Shown: positions 11,400 through 24,691, counted from the stretch's first letter. The stretch is DNA of 64,000 bases from Octopus sinensis (GCF_006345805.1 NC_042997.1:116436001-116500000); one strand, 5' to 3'. The notes: generated from the sequence alone by a model not told the origin. Program-made: numbers and translations.

Positions 11400-12310
11400 C
11401 TCAAAGCTTTGAGAACACTGTCAAGGTTGTAAGACAGTCCCATTATGACAACCAAGCTCCCCGAAACTGTGAATGCCTTTAGAAGTGTCTCCAGTGAGGG
11501 CGATCTTATGCTGTCTCACATCTTTGAACAGGGCCTTAGGCTCAATTCTGATAGCTATGTGAAGCTTTTGGACACAGTAATGAAATCCTGGCTGGAGAGG
11601 CTTGCTGTTGGAAGGCCATATGTGTGGCAACAAGCTTCCTATACCTCTAGAAAGAGAAGTGGTTGCTGGAGAATTTCTTTGACTCCACCAGCCCCTATTT
11701 CTTATTTCTATATTGCCCACAAGGGGCTAGACACAGAGGGGACAGACAAACGGATTAAGTTGATTACATTGACTCCAGTACGTAACTGGTACTTAATTTA
11801 TTGACCCCAAAAGGATGAAAGGCAAAGTTGACCTCGGCGGAATTTGAACTCAGAACGTAACAGCAGATGAAATACTTGTTTCTTTATTACCCACAAGGGG
11901 CTAAACATAGAGGGGACAAACAAAGACAGACAAACAGATTAAGTCGATTACATTGACCCCAGTGTGTCACTGGTACTTAATTTATCAACCCTGAAAGGAT
12001 GAAAGGCAAAGTTGACCTTGGCGGAATTTGAACTCAGAACATAACAGCAGACGAATTACTGCTAAGCATTTCGCCCGGTGCGCTAACATTTCTGCCAGCT
12101 CGCTGCCTTAATTTCTGACCCCATAATCCCTCTGACTGTATTCCATTGCAGGGTAGAGTTGTGAAAGACACCAACTGCTCTGCCTGCAACACCAGGACTA
12201 AGTTGGTGGCCAACATCCAGGAGGTAATCAAAGATCTTCCTAGAGACACAGTAAAAATGCAAGTGCCATGTTCCGCAGCCATCTTGATGCATACTTGGTC
12301 TCATGAGTAA
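11400..12310 (+). mobile_element. maT/Tc1-like (DD37D-type) transposase remnant split by a SINE dimer
   Basis: VSSEGDLMLSHIFEQGLRLNSDSYVKLLDTVMKSWLERLAVGRPYVWQQ before the SINE and PSDCIPL...KDTNCSACNTRTKLVANIQEV after it (about 12120-12300). Confidence 0.75.
11700..12110 (-). mobile_element. SINE family C tandem dimer
   Basis: One head plus two about 185-bp body units. Confidence 0.85.
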
Positions 12311-12654
12311 CTGCCAAGGTGACAATCTGGATGAACTGGGGTTTTCACAAAAAGAAATCAACTAGCAAACATCCACATTATAAATATTGTCTGTCAGCCA
12401 AACAGTTAAAATATGCAAGACTCTTCTTAAGTTCAAAATGCAATATTTTTGTTGTCTACATTCCAATGATGGATATTTGTATTTATGTTAGAAACTAGCT
12501 CCTTCCTTACAGGAGGAATTTAAATAATTAAAAATAGAACACACACACACACACTCTCATTCATTCATACATTCACACATACATACATAATAACCCACAG
12601 TATGGTAGAATCCATAGCCACTCATAATAAGGAGTACTGGTGAAGACCTCAATA

Positions 12655-13230
12655 ACATGTAAGCAAAACAGATCTGATACAATGATTTGGAATAGAGAAG
12701 AGAAACTGTGCACAGTTGTGGAAATTAGTTGCTCAGCAGATGTTAACGTAAAGCTGAAGATCAGTGAAAAAGAGAATGCCAATGCTGAACTATTGAGAAA
12801 TCTGCAGTTACTCTATCCAGATTACAAGTTCAGGTTTATACCTGTAATTATTGGGGCCCTGGGTTATGTAACATACTGCCTAAATATCGGACTTGAGAAA
12901 TTAAACTTCTCAAAACCAGAAAGGACAAAGCTGATTTGAAGACTACAGATCCAGTCCGTCACTGGAACTGTAAAAATTTGTGAAACTTTCCAGAAGTTTA
13001 TCATTTAAATATATATGAGCATGTGTAGATATGCAACTATATGCATGAGAATACATACATAAAGCAAAACATACAAATCTGCACATATGCATGTATGCAT
13101 GCATACAAAAATACCTTGTTGCTGATGTTGAAATTCCAATGATGGAGCCTTGGATCTAGGTTAGAAACCAGTTCTTTTTCTGTTGACAAGAAATCTTGAA
13201 ATAAAACTGAACAATGACATACATACATAC
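12655..13230 (+). mobile_element. 3' end of a restriction-like-endonuclease (R4/Dong-like) non-LTR retrotransposon
   Basis: RSDTMIWNREEKLCTVVEISCSADVNVKLKISEKEN...FIPVIIGALG fits the RPD...E...K...PIVIGALG pattern, followed by a 3' UTR and (CATA)n. Confidence 0.8.
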
Positions 13231-13915
13231 AAACGCACACATACATACACAATTGGCAGGCCACAGTTCCTGTCAACTAAATTTTATTTACAAGGCATCA
13301 GTGAACTTCAGGCTATTTTGAAAGACATTTGCCAAAGATGCTAAGAAGTGGGATTGAAACTAGAAATGCAATGATGCAAAGCACAAACTTCTAAGTCACA
13401 CAGCTCTGCTTGCATCCATTAGAGAAAATGCTTTATTGACATCAGTTCAGAATGTCTAATATATGCTGATACAGATGGTGATGATGATGATGATAACTAT
13501 GACGACTATTCATTAAACATCATACATTAAAGTATAATTACAGAAAGGCTACTTTTGAAGATATGAGAAGATGCCTCTGTTAATTAAAATTTTAAATTTT
13601 CTATCACATAGCACGAAAGAAGAAAAAAAAATAATATAATTAAATGGCGATTCAAGTCTAGCATTTGTAACTGCTGTGAATACGGAGCTTATACAAATCT
13701 TAAAAGTGATTAAAGTAAAAATTATGAAGCATTTTGAATGCGTATATTTATCTCAATATAATAAATTAATAAATTAAACCAAAACCAAACAATATTTAAA
13801 ATTGATTCTTAAATTGCAAACGAAATTGTAAATGGCAATTTTTACTGTAATAATTTGTAAGGATAAGATAAGCTAAGAGGTGAATTATTGTAATTTCAAA
13901 CAGTTTTGAACTAAC

Positions 13916-13990
13916 CTGAGCTAACACTTCACATAGGAGCAGCAGCACGCCATCAAGCACACCATAGTCGAAAGGATATCGGACACAAAT
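13916..13990 (-). CDS. STK36: STK36 exon 8 in window (ICVRYPFDYGVLDGVLLLLCEVLAQ)
   Basis: Acceptor tttatcatttcag|ATT, donor CAG|gttagt; 75 nt. Resembles recalled human [25 protein letters not shown]. Confidence 0.92.
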
Positions 13991-14014
13991 CTGAAATGAT
14001 AAAGTATTGATTAA

Positions 14015-14229
14015 CCCGTTAAAATTTAAACCAGTCATGTTCAACCCAAAGATTCTGCCTGTTCTATGTCCACACTGGCCAGGTTCAGCCTCTAACACCT
14101 ACCCCACACAATGTCATTCCCAAAAGCAAACAATCACATCATCAAGATCTTGGAGCTACAAGACAGTTCATGATTAATTCAAAACTTTGTGAATCAATAA
14201 TTTGACAGAATAATCTGATAGCTAAAGGG
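14015..14229. mobile_element. piggyBac-type MITE abutting an STK36 acceptor
   Basis: TTAA|ccc...ggg|tcaa. Related copies at about 29830-29945 and about 63222-63420. Confidence 0.6.
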
Positions 14230-14323
14230 TCAAAATATTTCATGTCAAAGAAGTTGGATTTTATCTCCATTTTATTCTATGAAGTAGTCTCCTCTGGGCA
14301 AGAAAATCCTTTAACGATCTAGT

Positions 14324-15166
14324 TAAATTAATAGCAATCAGCATCTGCTCGTTTATGAACTTTGAACAGCTTAATTCCATGCCAGCCACATCTCTTGGAA
14401 ACAATGGTCTGATGCCAGTCAATCAATTAATGTACAGGAATACATTATTTTGGGGATTAGTTTTAGCAACAAATGTTAATTGTCATGAAGGGAAATTTGA
14501 TGCTGCAAAGAAAAGGAATTATATGAGATGAAAGCCATTGAAAATAGGGGAGGCGGGGTTATCATCATCATCATCATCATCGTTTAACATCCGTTTTCCA
14601 TGCTAGCACGGGTTGGACGGTTCGAGTGGGGTCTGGGAAGCCAGGAGGCTGCACCAGGTTCCAGTGTGATCTGGCAGTGTTTCTACAGCTGGATGCCCTT
14701 CCTAACGCCAATCACTCCGTGAGTGTAGTGGGTTCTTTTTACGTGCCACTGGCACAGGTGCCAGGGGAGGCTGGCAGCGGCCACGATCGGTTGGTGCTTT
14801 TTACATGCCACCGGCACAGAAGTCAGTCAGGGTGGTGCTGGCATCAGTCAGGGCGGTTCTGGCATCAACCATGTTCAGATGGTGCTTTTTACATGCCACC
14901 GGCACAGGCATCACAACTAAATTCATAGTAATCAGCATCCGTTCGTTTACGAACTTTGAACAGCTTAATTCCATGCCAGCCACATCTCTTGGAAACAATG
15001 GTCTGATGCCAGTCAATCAATTAATGTACAGGAATACATTATTTTGGAGGATTAGTTTTAGCAGCAAATGTTAATTGTCATGAAGGGAAATTTGATGCTG
15101 CAAAGAAAGGGAATTATATGAGATTTAATAGATGAAAGACATTGAAAATAGGGGAAGCAGGGTTAT
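14324..15166. repeat. About 240-bp direct duplication (14324-14562 and 14918-15166) flanking an RTE tail
   Basis: Both copies read taaatt(a/c)atag(c/t)aatcagcatc...cagccacatctcttggaaacaatgg...ggggttat. The second has a 10-nt insertion. Confidence 0.93.
14561..14917 (-). mobile_element. RTE 3' end between long direct repeats
   Basis: (CAT)n-cgtttaacatccg...ggcatcacaact. Confidence 0.88.
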
Positions 15167-16543
15167 AGGGGATGAAATTTATGATAAATTTGATAAATTG
15201 AGGGTCCAGCAGAAGATATTTGCACATGTTACCATGCAAGAGAACTATAATAAAGTTAGTATTAATAAGTGAAGGAAATTTAAATTGCTTTTGTTCCTAA
15301 TGGAATGGCTTTCTGTACGATCCGAAATATAATGCTGATTGATGGTTAAAGGATGGGCTGTGAATAGAGAAGAACTGTAGCACCAGTATTGAACAGGATT
15401 TGTCAGTTATGTTATGCAAATATATGAAGCAATTTCAATCACATATTCTTATGTTTGAAAAGCATTGAATCGACCAAAAGTATTAGATTATGTCTTATCA
15501 TAAAGTCATATTCGAACGAAGGTGTAATGAAACTGGGTGAAAAAAAAAGCACCTGATGATAATAAGACTTGGAATGAAGGAGATCAATTAGATCATGGAT
15601 AGATAAGTCTAGATTGAACTTGCATTTAAAACTATGATGCACAGAAACATTATTTTATAAACCTATCTCAGAAGCATTGTAAAATAAGCGTTAAAATAAC
15701 AATGAGGGTGATGATAGTGATGGAGGAGAACTTAGTGACAATGATAATGGTGGTGAGGATGCTAAAACTGATAAAGCAACAGAGGTGATGATGACAAAAT
15801 ATCGAAGACAACAATAATAATGAAAAAAAGAAATGATTTTTATTCGTAATGTAGAAGTGATAGTCCTGTAATATTATTTTTATTAGTACTTTTTTTTATG
15901 AATATGATATGGAAGCATATAATTTATAGATTCAATATTATTGGATATTGGTTACTGAGATAAAGTAATATTGAAAATAAAAAAAGCCAATTTGAAATCA
16001 ACTGCACACAACATTGCACATGCGAAAGAAACAAAAGAAACAGAACTACATTTTTGTGAAAGAATAATTATTATAATTTTCTACAAATTTCTTGAGAGAA
16101 TATCATGAATAAAACTTATTTCTAGAGTAATTATATATGTTTCTAGCTTTTCTTCTAAAATAGTTTCACGGTTATAACCCCAAGAGACAATATACAAGAC
16201 TAACAAATGAGGGAATCATGATTCCCTCACTTGTTGAAATCAGGGTTTCAAACTTTTTTTAATCTCATTCAACTAATGCTTTATCGTAAGAATAAATTCG
16301 TCCTCTCGGTCAAACTGTGTATGTGGGTGGGTGGGGGTGACTTTTTTTTTTTTGTTTTTCTTTCAACTCTACCTGCTTGTCTTGCAAGTTACCTCTGATG
16401 ACCTTGCTAATGCCACTGACCTGAAAGAAACACTCTGTACACTGTAAAGTCATTGGCGTTATGAAGAGCATCCAGCTGTAGAAACCATGCCAGCATAGAA
16501 AACAGATGAAAATGATTATATATATATATATATATATATATAT

Positions 16544-16935
16544 ACTCTTTACTTGCTTCAGTCATTTGACAGTGGCCATGCTAGAGCACCACCTTTAGTC
16601 AAGCAAATCGACCCCAGGACTTATTCTTCGTAAGCCTAGTACTTATTCTATCGGTCTCTTTTGCCAAACTGCTAAGTTACGGGTACATAACATTCCAGCA
16701 TCGGTTGTCAAAAGATTTTGGGGGGCAAGCACAGACACACAAACATATACACACACACACACACACATACATATATACAATGGGTTTCTTTCAATTTCCA
16801 TCTACCAAAACCATTCACAAGGTTTTGGTTGGCCCAAGGCTATAGTAGAAGACACTTACCCAAGGTGCCACGCAGTGGGAATGAACCCAGAATCATGTGG
16901 TTGGTAAGCAAGCTACTTCCCACACAGCCACTCCT
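16544..16935 (-). mobile_element. SINE family A
   Basis: Full-length reverse copy. Confidence 0.88.
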
Positions 16936-16938
16936 TCA

Positions 16939-16971
<33 letters not shown>

Positions 16972-17299
16972 TGTTAGGAAGGGCATCCAGCCATAGAAAC
17001 ATTGCCAGATCAGACTGGGCCTGGTGCAGCCTTCTGGCTTCCCAGACCCCACTTGAACTGTCCAATCCATGCTAGCATGGAAAGTGGACGCTAAATGATG
17101 ATGATGATATGGATCAAAACCATTTGATTCAAATTCGTTGGTACTGTGACAACTTCAAGTGTGATGCTTAATCTTCAGCCATTTTGAATGGGAATTCAAA
17201 TTCAAAGTGGCTGAAGATTAGCATCATGCTTGAAACAAACTCATTTGATCCATACATGTAACTCACAATTAATGTGCTGAGTGTCCTTCTTTCATTTTT

Positions 17300-17670
17300 A
17301 AAATGCACCATCCAAATGTGATCGATGCCAGCTCCTTCGCCCCCAACTGGCTCCTGTGCCAGTGGCATGTAAAAAGCACCATCTGAATGTGGCTTTTGCC
17401 AATGCCGCCTTGACTGGCTCCCATGCCAGTGGCACATAAAAACACCATCCAAACATGGTCAATGCCAGACATCTCCGGCCCCTGTGCCGGTTGCATGTAA
17501 AAGAACCCCACCCACAACACTCTTGGAGTTGTTGGTGTTAGGAAGAGCATCCAGCTGTAGAAACACTGCCAGATCAGACTGGAGCCTGGTGCAGCCGCCT
17601 GGCTTCCCAGACCCCCAGTCAAACCGTCCAACCCATGTCAGTATAGAAAATGGACATTAAACGATGATGA
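17300..17670 (+). mobile_element. RTE 3' end
   Basis: Tandem units plus tail. Confidence 0.82.
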
Positions 17671-17672
17671 TA

Positions 17673-17707
<35 letters not shown>

Positions 17708-18097
17708 GTTAGAAGACCTTGAAATATATATTTATATCTATGTACAAATAAGTTTTATTCCTAATATTCTCTGAAGAAATTTGTAGAATATACATATATC
17801 TTTTTACTCAGGGACTAGTAGACCCAACACCGTTTGGTAATTGCTGCACATTCAAAACCAGTGAACAGTAATTTATGAAACCGGTGTGACTTTGAATCTC
17901 TTTAATAATTCATAATAATTACTTTTATTCCACTTAATTCTACCTCAGAACATCTAATTGTATATATTTTTTGTTACTTTTCATAAAAAAGCCTTTATTT
18001 TTTGATATCCAATGTGCATTTTCACTGTTTTTCTTCTTACTTTCCCTATACCTTTTCCACATGTATTTTCTATTTCCTTTTTGAAACATATTTCTAT

Positions 18098-18136
<39 letters not shown>

Positions 18137-18139
18137 CAC

Positions 18140-18470
18140 CTTACTGGCACTTGTGCTGGTGGCATGTGAAAAAACACTCGAACGAGGTTGTTGCCAGTGC
18201 CGCTGGACTGGCTCCTGTGCAAGTGGCACATAAAAAGCACGATTGAGTGTGGCCGCTGCCAGTACCGCCAGACTGGCCCACGTGCCAGTGGCACGTAAAA
18301 GCACCCACTGCACTCTCAGTGGTTGGCATTAGGAAGGGCATCCAGCCGTAGAAACTCTGCCAGATCAGATTGGAGCCTGGTGCAGCCATCTGGTTCGCCA
18401 GTCCTCAGTCAAATTGTCCACCTCATGCTAGCATGGAAAGTGGATGTTAAACGATGATGATGATTATGAT
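18140..18470 (+). mobile_element. RTE 3' end
   Basis: Tandem units plus tail. Confidence 0.82.
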
Positions 18471-18676
18471 AAAATGCAATATTCAGTATTCTAACATGAC
18501 ATACACATTGTTGGGTATAAAGATTGCTTTCTGATATTAATACTGCTTCTGTTGCTATACATAAGCTGTAATATACACACACACATTAATTAGTGTATAA
18601 AACCAGAATCGTTCTTTCTGTAAACAAATAATTATAAAAAAAATCTATTTCTAAAACCAAGCAAGGAAAATCTCAC

Positions 18677-18787
18677 CTCTGAAAGATCAGTAAAGACACA
18701 CAGACAAGCATTCATCAGGTCAGGAGGTGAAATGGAGACACACGTACCGCAGTATAGAACCTGGCTGAACAGAAGTGCTATGGCTGC
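18677..18787 (-). CDS. STK36: STK36 exon 7 in window (AAIALLFSQVLYCGTCVSISPPDLMNACLCVFTDLSE)
   Basis: Acceptor tttgatttcttccag|GCA, donor GAG|gtgaga; 111 nt. Resembles recalled human SAAACLLGQLGQQG...AAATHALSAPAE. Confidence 0.9.
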
Positions 18788-19688
18788 CTGGAAGAAATCA
18801 AAACAGTATTTCAAAATATTTTTGACAAGAAATATTGTATATTAGCACCAATGTTTTATTGGTTATATTATTTACAAATGTGAAAGCAACAGAAAATGTG
18901 TAAGTATGTTCAAGAAATAGTAAATTGAATTACAAATAAATCAATTAAATGTTTTCTAGTAAGAAAACCAAATGAAGAATAAAGTTCTTGATAAAAAGTT
19001 ACCAAATCTTTAAAATTTGTGTTTTTATGTATTCCAATGTATGTGTTTTGTCTCGTTCTTTTTCTGCATGAGATCAATGGCAAAAATATCAAGATGAAAA
19101 AAGAAAAATAGAAATCATTAACTCTTTACATTTATATAATGTTTACATCATATATTTTAATTGTTTCAGTCATTAGACTGTGGCCATGCTAGGGCACTAT
19201 CAAACCTAGCACTTATTTCTTGTTTTTAATCCTGGTTCTTTTACTATCAGTGTCATTTGCCAGACTGCTAAGTTACAGGCACAAACACACCAATACTGGT
19301 TGTCAGTGGTGCTGGAGGACAAAAAAAAAACACGTACACATGATGGGCTTCTTTCAGTTTTCATCTGCCAAATCCACTCACAAGGCTTTCATCAACCTGA
19401 GGCTATAGTAGAAGATACTTGCTCAAGGTGCCTATATAGCAGGACTGAACCTGGAACCGTGTGGTTGAGAAGCAAGCTTTTTACCACAAAGCCACACTAC
19501 TGCCCATTCACATTGTTTTGAATCAATCATACATTTACCTTCTAGGTTTGAGATTTTGATGTGATTGATTAATTTTAGAAAAACATTGTATGGTATGTGT
19601 GAGAGGCAGGATCTAGCTGGTTTGACTAAACGCGGCAGAATATTTGGACCAGATAAAGAGTTGATGAGTCTGACCCATTCTCTTAGAT

Positions 19689-20240
19689 CAGTGTTTCTTA
19701 ACCTTTTTTTGTACTTTCCCTTTATCAGTTTTCCATGCCCCCCACCACATATGTAAAAGACCGGGGGTAGTCTCATAGAATTAAAAGTCTTGTTTTCATT
19801 TAAAATTAGCTTTCTTAAAATCCACAGGGTCCCTCTAATGGTAGTCTCATAAAATTAACAGCCTTGTATTCATTTAACATTAACATTCTTAAAATCCATG
19901 TGGTCCCTCTAATGGTCACAGCTATTACAAGGGAAATAATCATTTCATAATTCAAAAACAGGATTAGAAATCTAAAACTAAGGAAATTTAAGAAAAAATG
20001 CATAGAATTCACATATTTCCTGTCTTTTTTTTGTTTTGTTTATTCAATACAAATTTTTTAAACCTCTGACATTTAGAAAACAAATATAGTGAAAACAGTA
20101 CAAATTCTAATAAAACATGTTTTTAACTTAAAAAATATAAACCCCTATTAGACTTAGCAAATTTTCCCTCAGAATCCTGAAACTCTCCCTACCCCATCCC
20201 CTGCCACTAGGATAACTTACTCCAGGTTAAAAACTGCAAT
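19689..20240. mobile_element. hAT/Charlie-type MITE
   Basis: cagtgtttcttaaccttttt ... caggttaaaaactgca ends in TAGA-containing flanks. Confidence 0.45.
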
Positions 20241-20397
20241 ATTAGACAAATGGAGTCATTTGTTACGGTAAGTTTCATTTCTAAAGACCAAAAATCAGGC
20301 TTATATGAGCCCCTCCTGAAAAAGAAGTGAGTTGTACAACTAATTTGTTACTTTTTCATATTATTCCAATCAGATAGAATCATTCCTGTTTAATTCT

Positions 20398-20821
20398 TTT
20401 ATTTGTTTCAGTCATTTGGCTATGGCCATGCTGGAGCACCACCTTTAGTCAAGCAAATTGACCCCAGGACTTATTCTTTGTAAGCCTAGTACTTATTCTA
20501 TTGGTCTCATTTGCTGAACTGCTAAGTTACGGGGACGTAAACACACCAGCATCAGTTGTCAAGCAATGCTGGGGGGACAAACACACACACACATATATAT
20601 GTATGTATGTGTGTCTATATATATATACATATATATATATAAAAATATATATGCATGTATATATGATGGGCTTCTTTCAGTTTCCATGTACCAAATCCAC
20701 TCACAAGGCTTTGGTTGACCTGAGACTATAGTAGATGACACGTGCTCAAGGCACCATACAGTGGGATTGAACCCGGAACCATGTAGTTGGGAAGCAAGCT
20801 TCTTACCACACAGCCACTCCT
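20398..20821 (-). mobile_element. SINE family A
   Basis: Full-length reverse copy. Confidence 0.88.
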
Positions 20822-22361
20822 GTGTCTATGTTTAAGTTTATGTTCCATGCTGGCATTGGTAGGACAGTTTGACAGGATCTGTTGGGTCCAGGGACTGAAT
20901 TGTATACTAGTGTCTGTTTTGGTATGGTTTTTATGGCTCAATGCCCTTCCTAATGCCAACAACTTCACAACATGTACTGAGTAGGTTTTTTTTTCTCTTT
21001 CATGGTACCAGTACCAGTAAGGTCACCGTTTAGTTTGCAAGATTACGGTCCTCTTTGATTAAATCACATAAAGGTGACTGAGATTACAACACACCCTCTT
21101 GAATGGGATGCCAGTCCTTCACAGAGTTAACTCCCCAAATATTGCTGGAACCCATTTGCAGCTGAGTGGACTGGAGCAATTTTTTTCAAGAACAAAATGC
21201 AATGTCTGGCCTAAGAATCGAAAACACAATCCCCTGATTGCTTAACAGAAATAAAATACAGAGTAAAATAATTATTTCTGCAATGAAACTAAAAAAAGAA
21301 AAGAGAAAATTCAAAGTGTGTGGTCAGAAAAGACAATCTTTTTCTGACGCTCAAGTAAATGTATTTGACAGTACACAATGCTTCATGACAACCATCGACC
21401 AATAGAAAAGTCCTGAAGATGGCGTTAGTCAAGCATGAACAAATTCCAGATAATATGTCTTAGCTGTTTAGATTCGTTGCCCATAAAGGTGTTTAATAAA
21501 CAAGGAAAAAAGAGAAGTAAATTCTATAAACATTTCTAGTAAGAGATACAGTCACAAAATGTCTGCCGAAAGACGTAATAATGACCATTTCAGTAAGCTT
21601 CCAAGACAACTTGACAAAAGGTAACTCGTGCATGTATAACAAACTAAAAGAATATATATATGTGTGTGTGTGTGTGTAAATAGACTTGTATATAGACTTC
21701 TGTTTATACTGCTTCGATAAATTGCAGGAAAATAACATGTGGATATACCTATAAAGAGATTGTACATTTGGCATTCCATTCAAATTCATACCATTGTTAA
21801 CAAAGTTAAACAGGAAATAAAATGAATATTTGATGTAAGAGAAACTGATTATATTTAATCACGGAATAAAGTTAAAAAAATATCTTTAATACATATCAGA
21901 AATAATAGAAATGGAGATACAGACTACGATAGAGATGTGTGAATAAAAACATGGTTTGCAAACATTAATAAATGTTTCCAAGTGTAGATTGTAATTTGCA
22001 GCATCAGTCTTACCTTTCATAGATTCACATTACAGCTGCTCTGTGACAGAACCATATTCTGTTTGTTCGTTTTTATGTCTATTTTTCCATGCTAGCATGG
22101 GTTAGATGAGTGTATTATTGAGGCATTAGTTTGATTTTTTTACAGCTGAATACCCTTCTTGTTGCTAACACTTGGCTGTTTTATCTTTTCTAAGTATGAG
22201 ATGTCACCTCAATAGTAAATGGGCTACTTCTGTCCCTCCATCATACTCAAAACTCTTGGTTTCATTCCATCTCTCAGCTGAGAGGCCCTTGTATTGGATG
22301 CTTGTGACTGCTGATGCTATGTAAAAAGCACTCATGCTGGTGCCATATAAAAAGTAGCAAT

Positions 22362-22748
22362 CATCATCATTTAGTATCTGTTTTCCATGCTGGCATAGGT
22401 TAGCTGATTAGACTGGAACCAGTAAGTGGGAGAAATGCACCGGTTTCCATCGTCCATTTTAACTTGGTTTCTATGGCTGGATGCCCTTCCTAACACCAAC
22501 CACTCCACAGAGTGTAGTGGGTGTAAATAGTGCCATCTAAAATGCCATTGTGCTGATGCCGTGTAAAATGCACCTTCACAGGTGCCATGCAAAAAGCAGC
22601 CAGTACACTCAGAAAGTGGTTGGCATCAGGAAGAGCATCCAGATGTAGAAACTATTCTAAAACAGACAATTGGAGCCTGGTGCAGCTCCTGTAAAAGCAT
22701 CTAACCCATGCCAGCATGGAAAATGGACATTAAATGATGATGATGATC
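22362..22748. mobile_element. Head-to-head inverted pair of old RTE tails
   Basis: Minus-strand tail at about 22362-22520 and plus-strand tail at about 22590-22748. Confidence 0.7.
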
Positions 22749-23102
22749 ACACACATGATGGGTGTCTTTTCCAGTTTTCATTTGCTACATCTGCTCCTTT
22801 GATTTTTGGTTAGCTCCAGGCCATAACAGAAGGTACCTGCCCAAGGTACCACACATGAGATTGATCCCAAAACCTTGTGGTTGCAAAGCAAATTTCTTGT
22901 AGTATTATAATTTTTTTAAAAATCAATTGTATGGAATATAATAAATACAGTAGTATCACAGTGTGATTGGCACTGCTGCCAAAGGTTTCCTGAAAATCAG
23001 TTCTCAGTCACTTCAAAATGGTAAGTGATCAACATGCCAGACCAAACTAATGCAGATTCTGCCCAGACAAATACTGTATAAACCCATTCCTTACACTTTA
23101 AC

Positions 23103-23480
23103 AGTGGAGGTGCAATAGCCCAGTGTTTAGGGCCACGGACTCATGGTTGTAGAATCACGGTTTTGATTCCGATACCAGTGTGAGTGTTTGAGCAAAAACA
23201 CCTAAAAGCTCCACAAGGCTCCGGCAGTGGGTGGTGGTGAACCCTGCTGTACTCTTACACCACAACTTCCATGCTTTCTTCCTGTTTCTGTTATACTTGT
23301 ATTTCAAAGAAGCCAGCCTTATCACACTCTGTGTCATACTGAATCTCCCTGAGAACTACATTAAGGGTACATGTATTGGTGGAGTGTTCAGCCACTTGCA
23401 CATTAATTTCATGAGCAGGCTATTCCGTTGATCGGATCAACTGGAAGCCTCGTCGTCATAACCAACGAAGTGCCACAACG
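23103..23480 (+). mobile_element. SINE family D, tail type 2
   Basis: Same head and 5' body; ends gcaggctattccgttgatcggatcaactgg...gtgccacaac. Confidence 0.8.
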
Positions 23481-24299
23481 ACACTATTTCTCCGACAAAG
23501 ACACACCTATCAACAACAGACAGTTATGGTTTCCGTTGACTTCAATGCTGTTATCATTGTTGTGGATTCACTAGGCCCCCAGAAAATTCTTGTATCAGAT
23601 GGTAAATACCATAAGTTGGGTTGACAAGGGTTTACACCAGGGTCAAGGTTTACAGAGAAAGGAAGCGATAGGAAGGAAAGTGATTGGTTTGAAGGAGAAA
23701 AATAGAAGAGAGCATGGAATTAAAAGACCAGGAAGGGTGAGTAAAGGCTGCAAGGGAGTTGGGAAGAGTAAGAGATGATTCGAAATAGGTGTAGGAGTAA
23801 ATGTAAAGAATGGCATGTGTGTGTGTGTGTGTGTGTGGGAGGGGTTATTGAATGGGGGTGTGGAGGAATGGTGATAAGAATATGGGATGAATGTCAATAG
23901 AAATGGCTCAGGGGAGAGGAAGTGATGACTGGCAGTATAGAAAGAGTGATGAGCAGTAGAATAATACAGTAGATAGGGGAAGGGATGAAAGGGTTAGAGA
24001 TAGGGAGATGGAGGTGGGATAAAGTTTGCGAGAGTATGGGGGTTAGAGCAAGACATGGATGGAGATGGTCAGAGAGGTCTGTGTGTGTGTAGCCATGTAG
24101 TTCCTCTACATCAAGAACCTGCTCTACTCCAACCTTTTCTCTCATACCTGGAAGTTAAAGGCCTTCCAGGCCTCAATGTGTTGCTAGTATGTAGTTCCAT
24201 ATTTTACACAACAGACCTGAGAATGGATACATAGATTGCCAAGTGCCCAGGAGACTTGGTATGAAGAGGAGATGAACATTTAGAAATACTACACACACA

Positions 24300-24691
24300 T
24301 AGGCGTAGGAGTGGCTGTGTGGTAAGTAGCTTACTTATGAACTGCATGGTTCCAGGTTCAGTGCCACTGCGAGGCGCCTTGGGCAAGTGTCTTCTACTAT
24401 AGTCTCGGGCCGACCAAAGCCTTGTGAGTGGATTTGGTAGACAGAAACTGAAAGAAGCCCGTCATATATATGTGTGTGTATATGTTTGTGTGTCTGTATT
24501 TGTTCCCCAACATCGCTTGATAACCGATGCTGGTGTGTTTACGTCCCTGTAACTTAGTGGTTCAGCCAAAGAGAACCGATAGAATAAGTAATAGGCTTAA
24601 AGAATAAGTCCTGGGGTCGATTTGCTTGACTAAAGGTGGTGCTCCAGCATGGCCACAGTCAAATGACTGAAACAAGTAACAAGTAAAAGAG
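24300..24691 (+). mobile_element. SINE family A
   Basis: Full-length copy. Confidence 0.88.

Noticed and set aside
13134-13175. TGATGG...AGCCT/AGGTT...GAAAC resembling a hammerhead
   Set aside because: Lacks the CUGANGA core and a stem I pairing; treated as retroelement 3' UTR.
23590-24145. Strongly purine-rich plus-strand tract with ORFs on both strands
   Set aside because: Low-complexity and probably a decayed retroelement 3' region; no supportable protein or family call.
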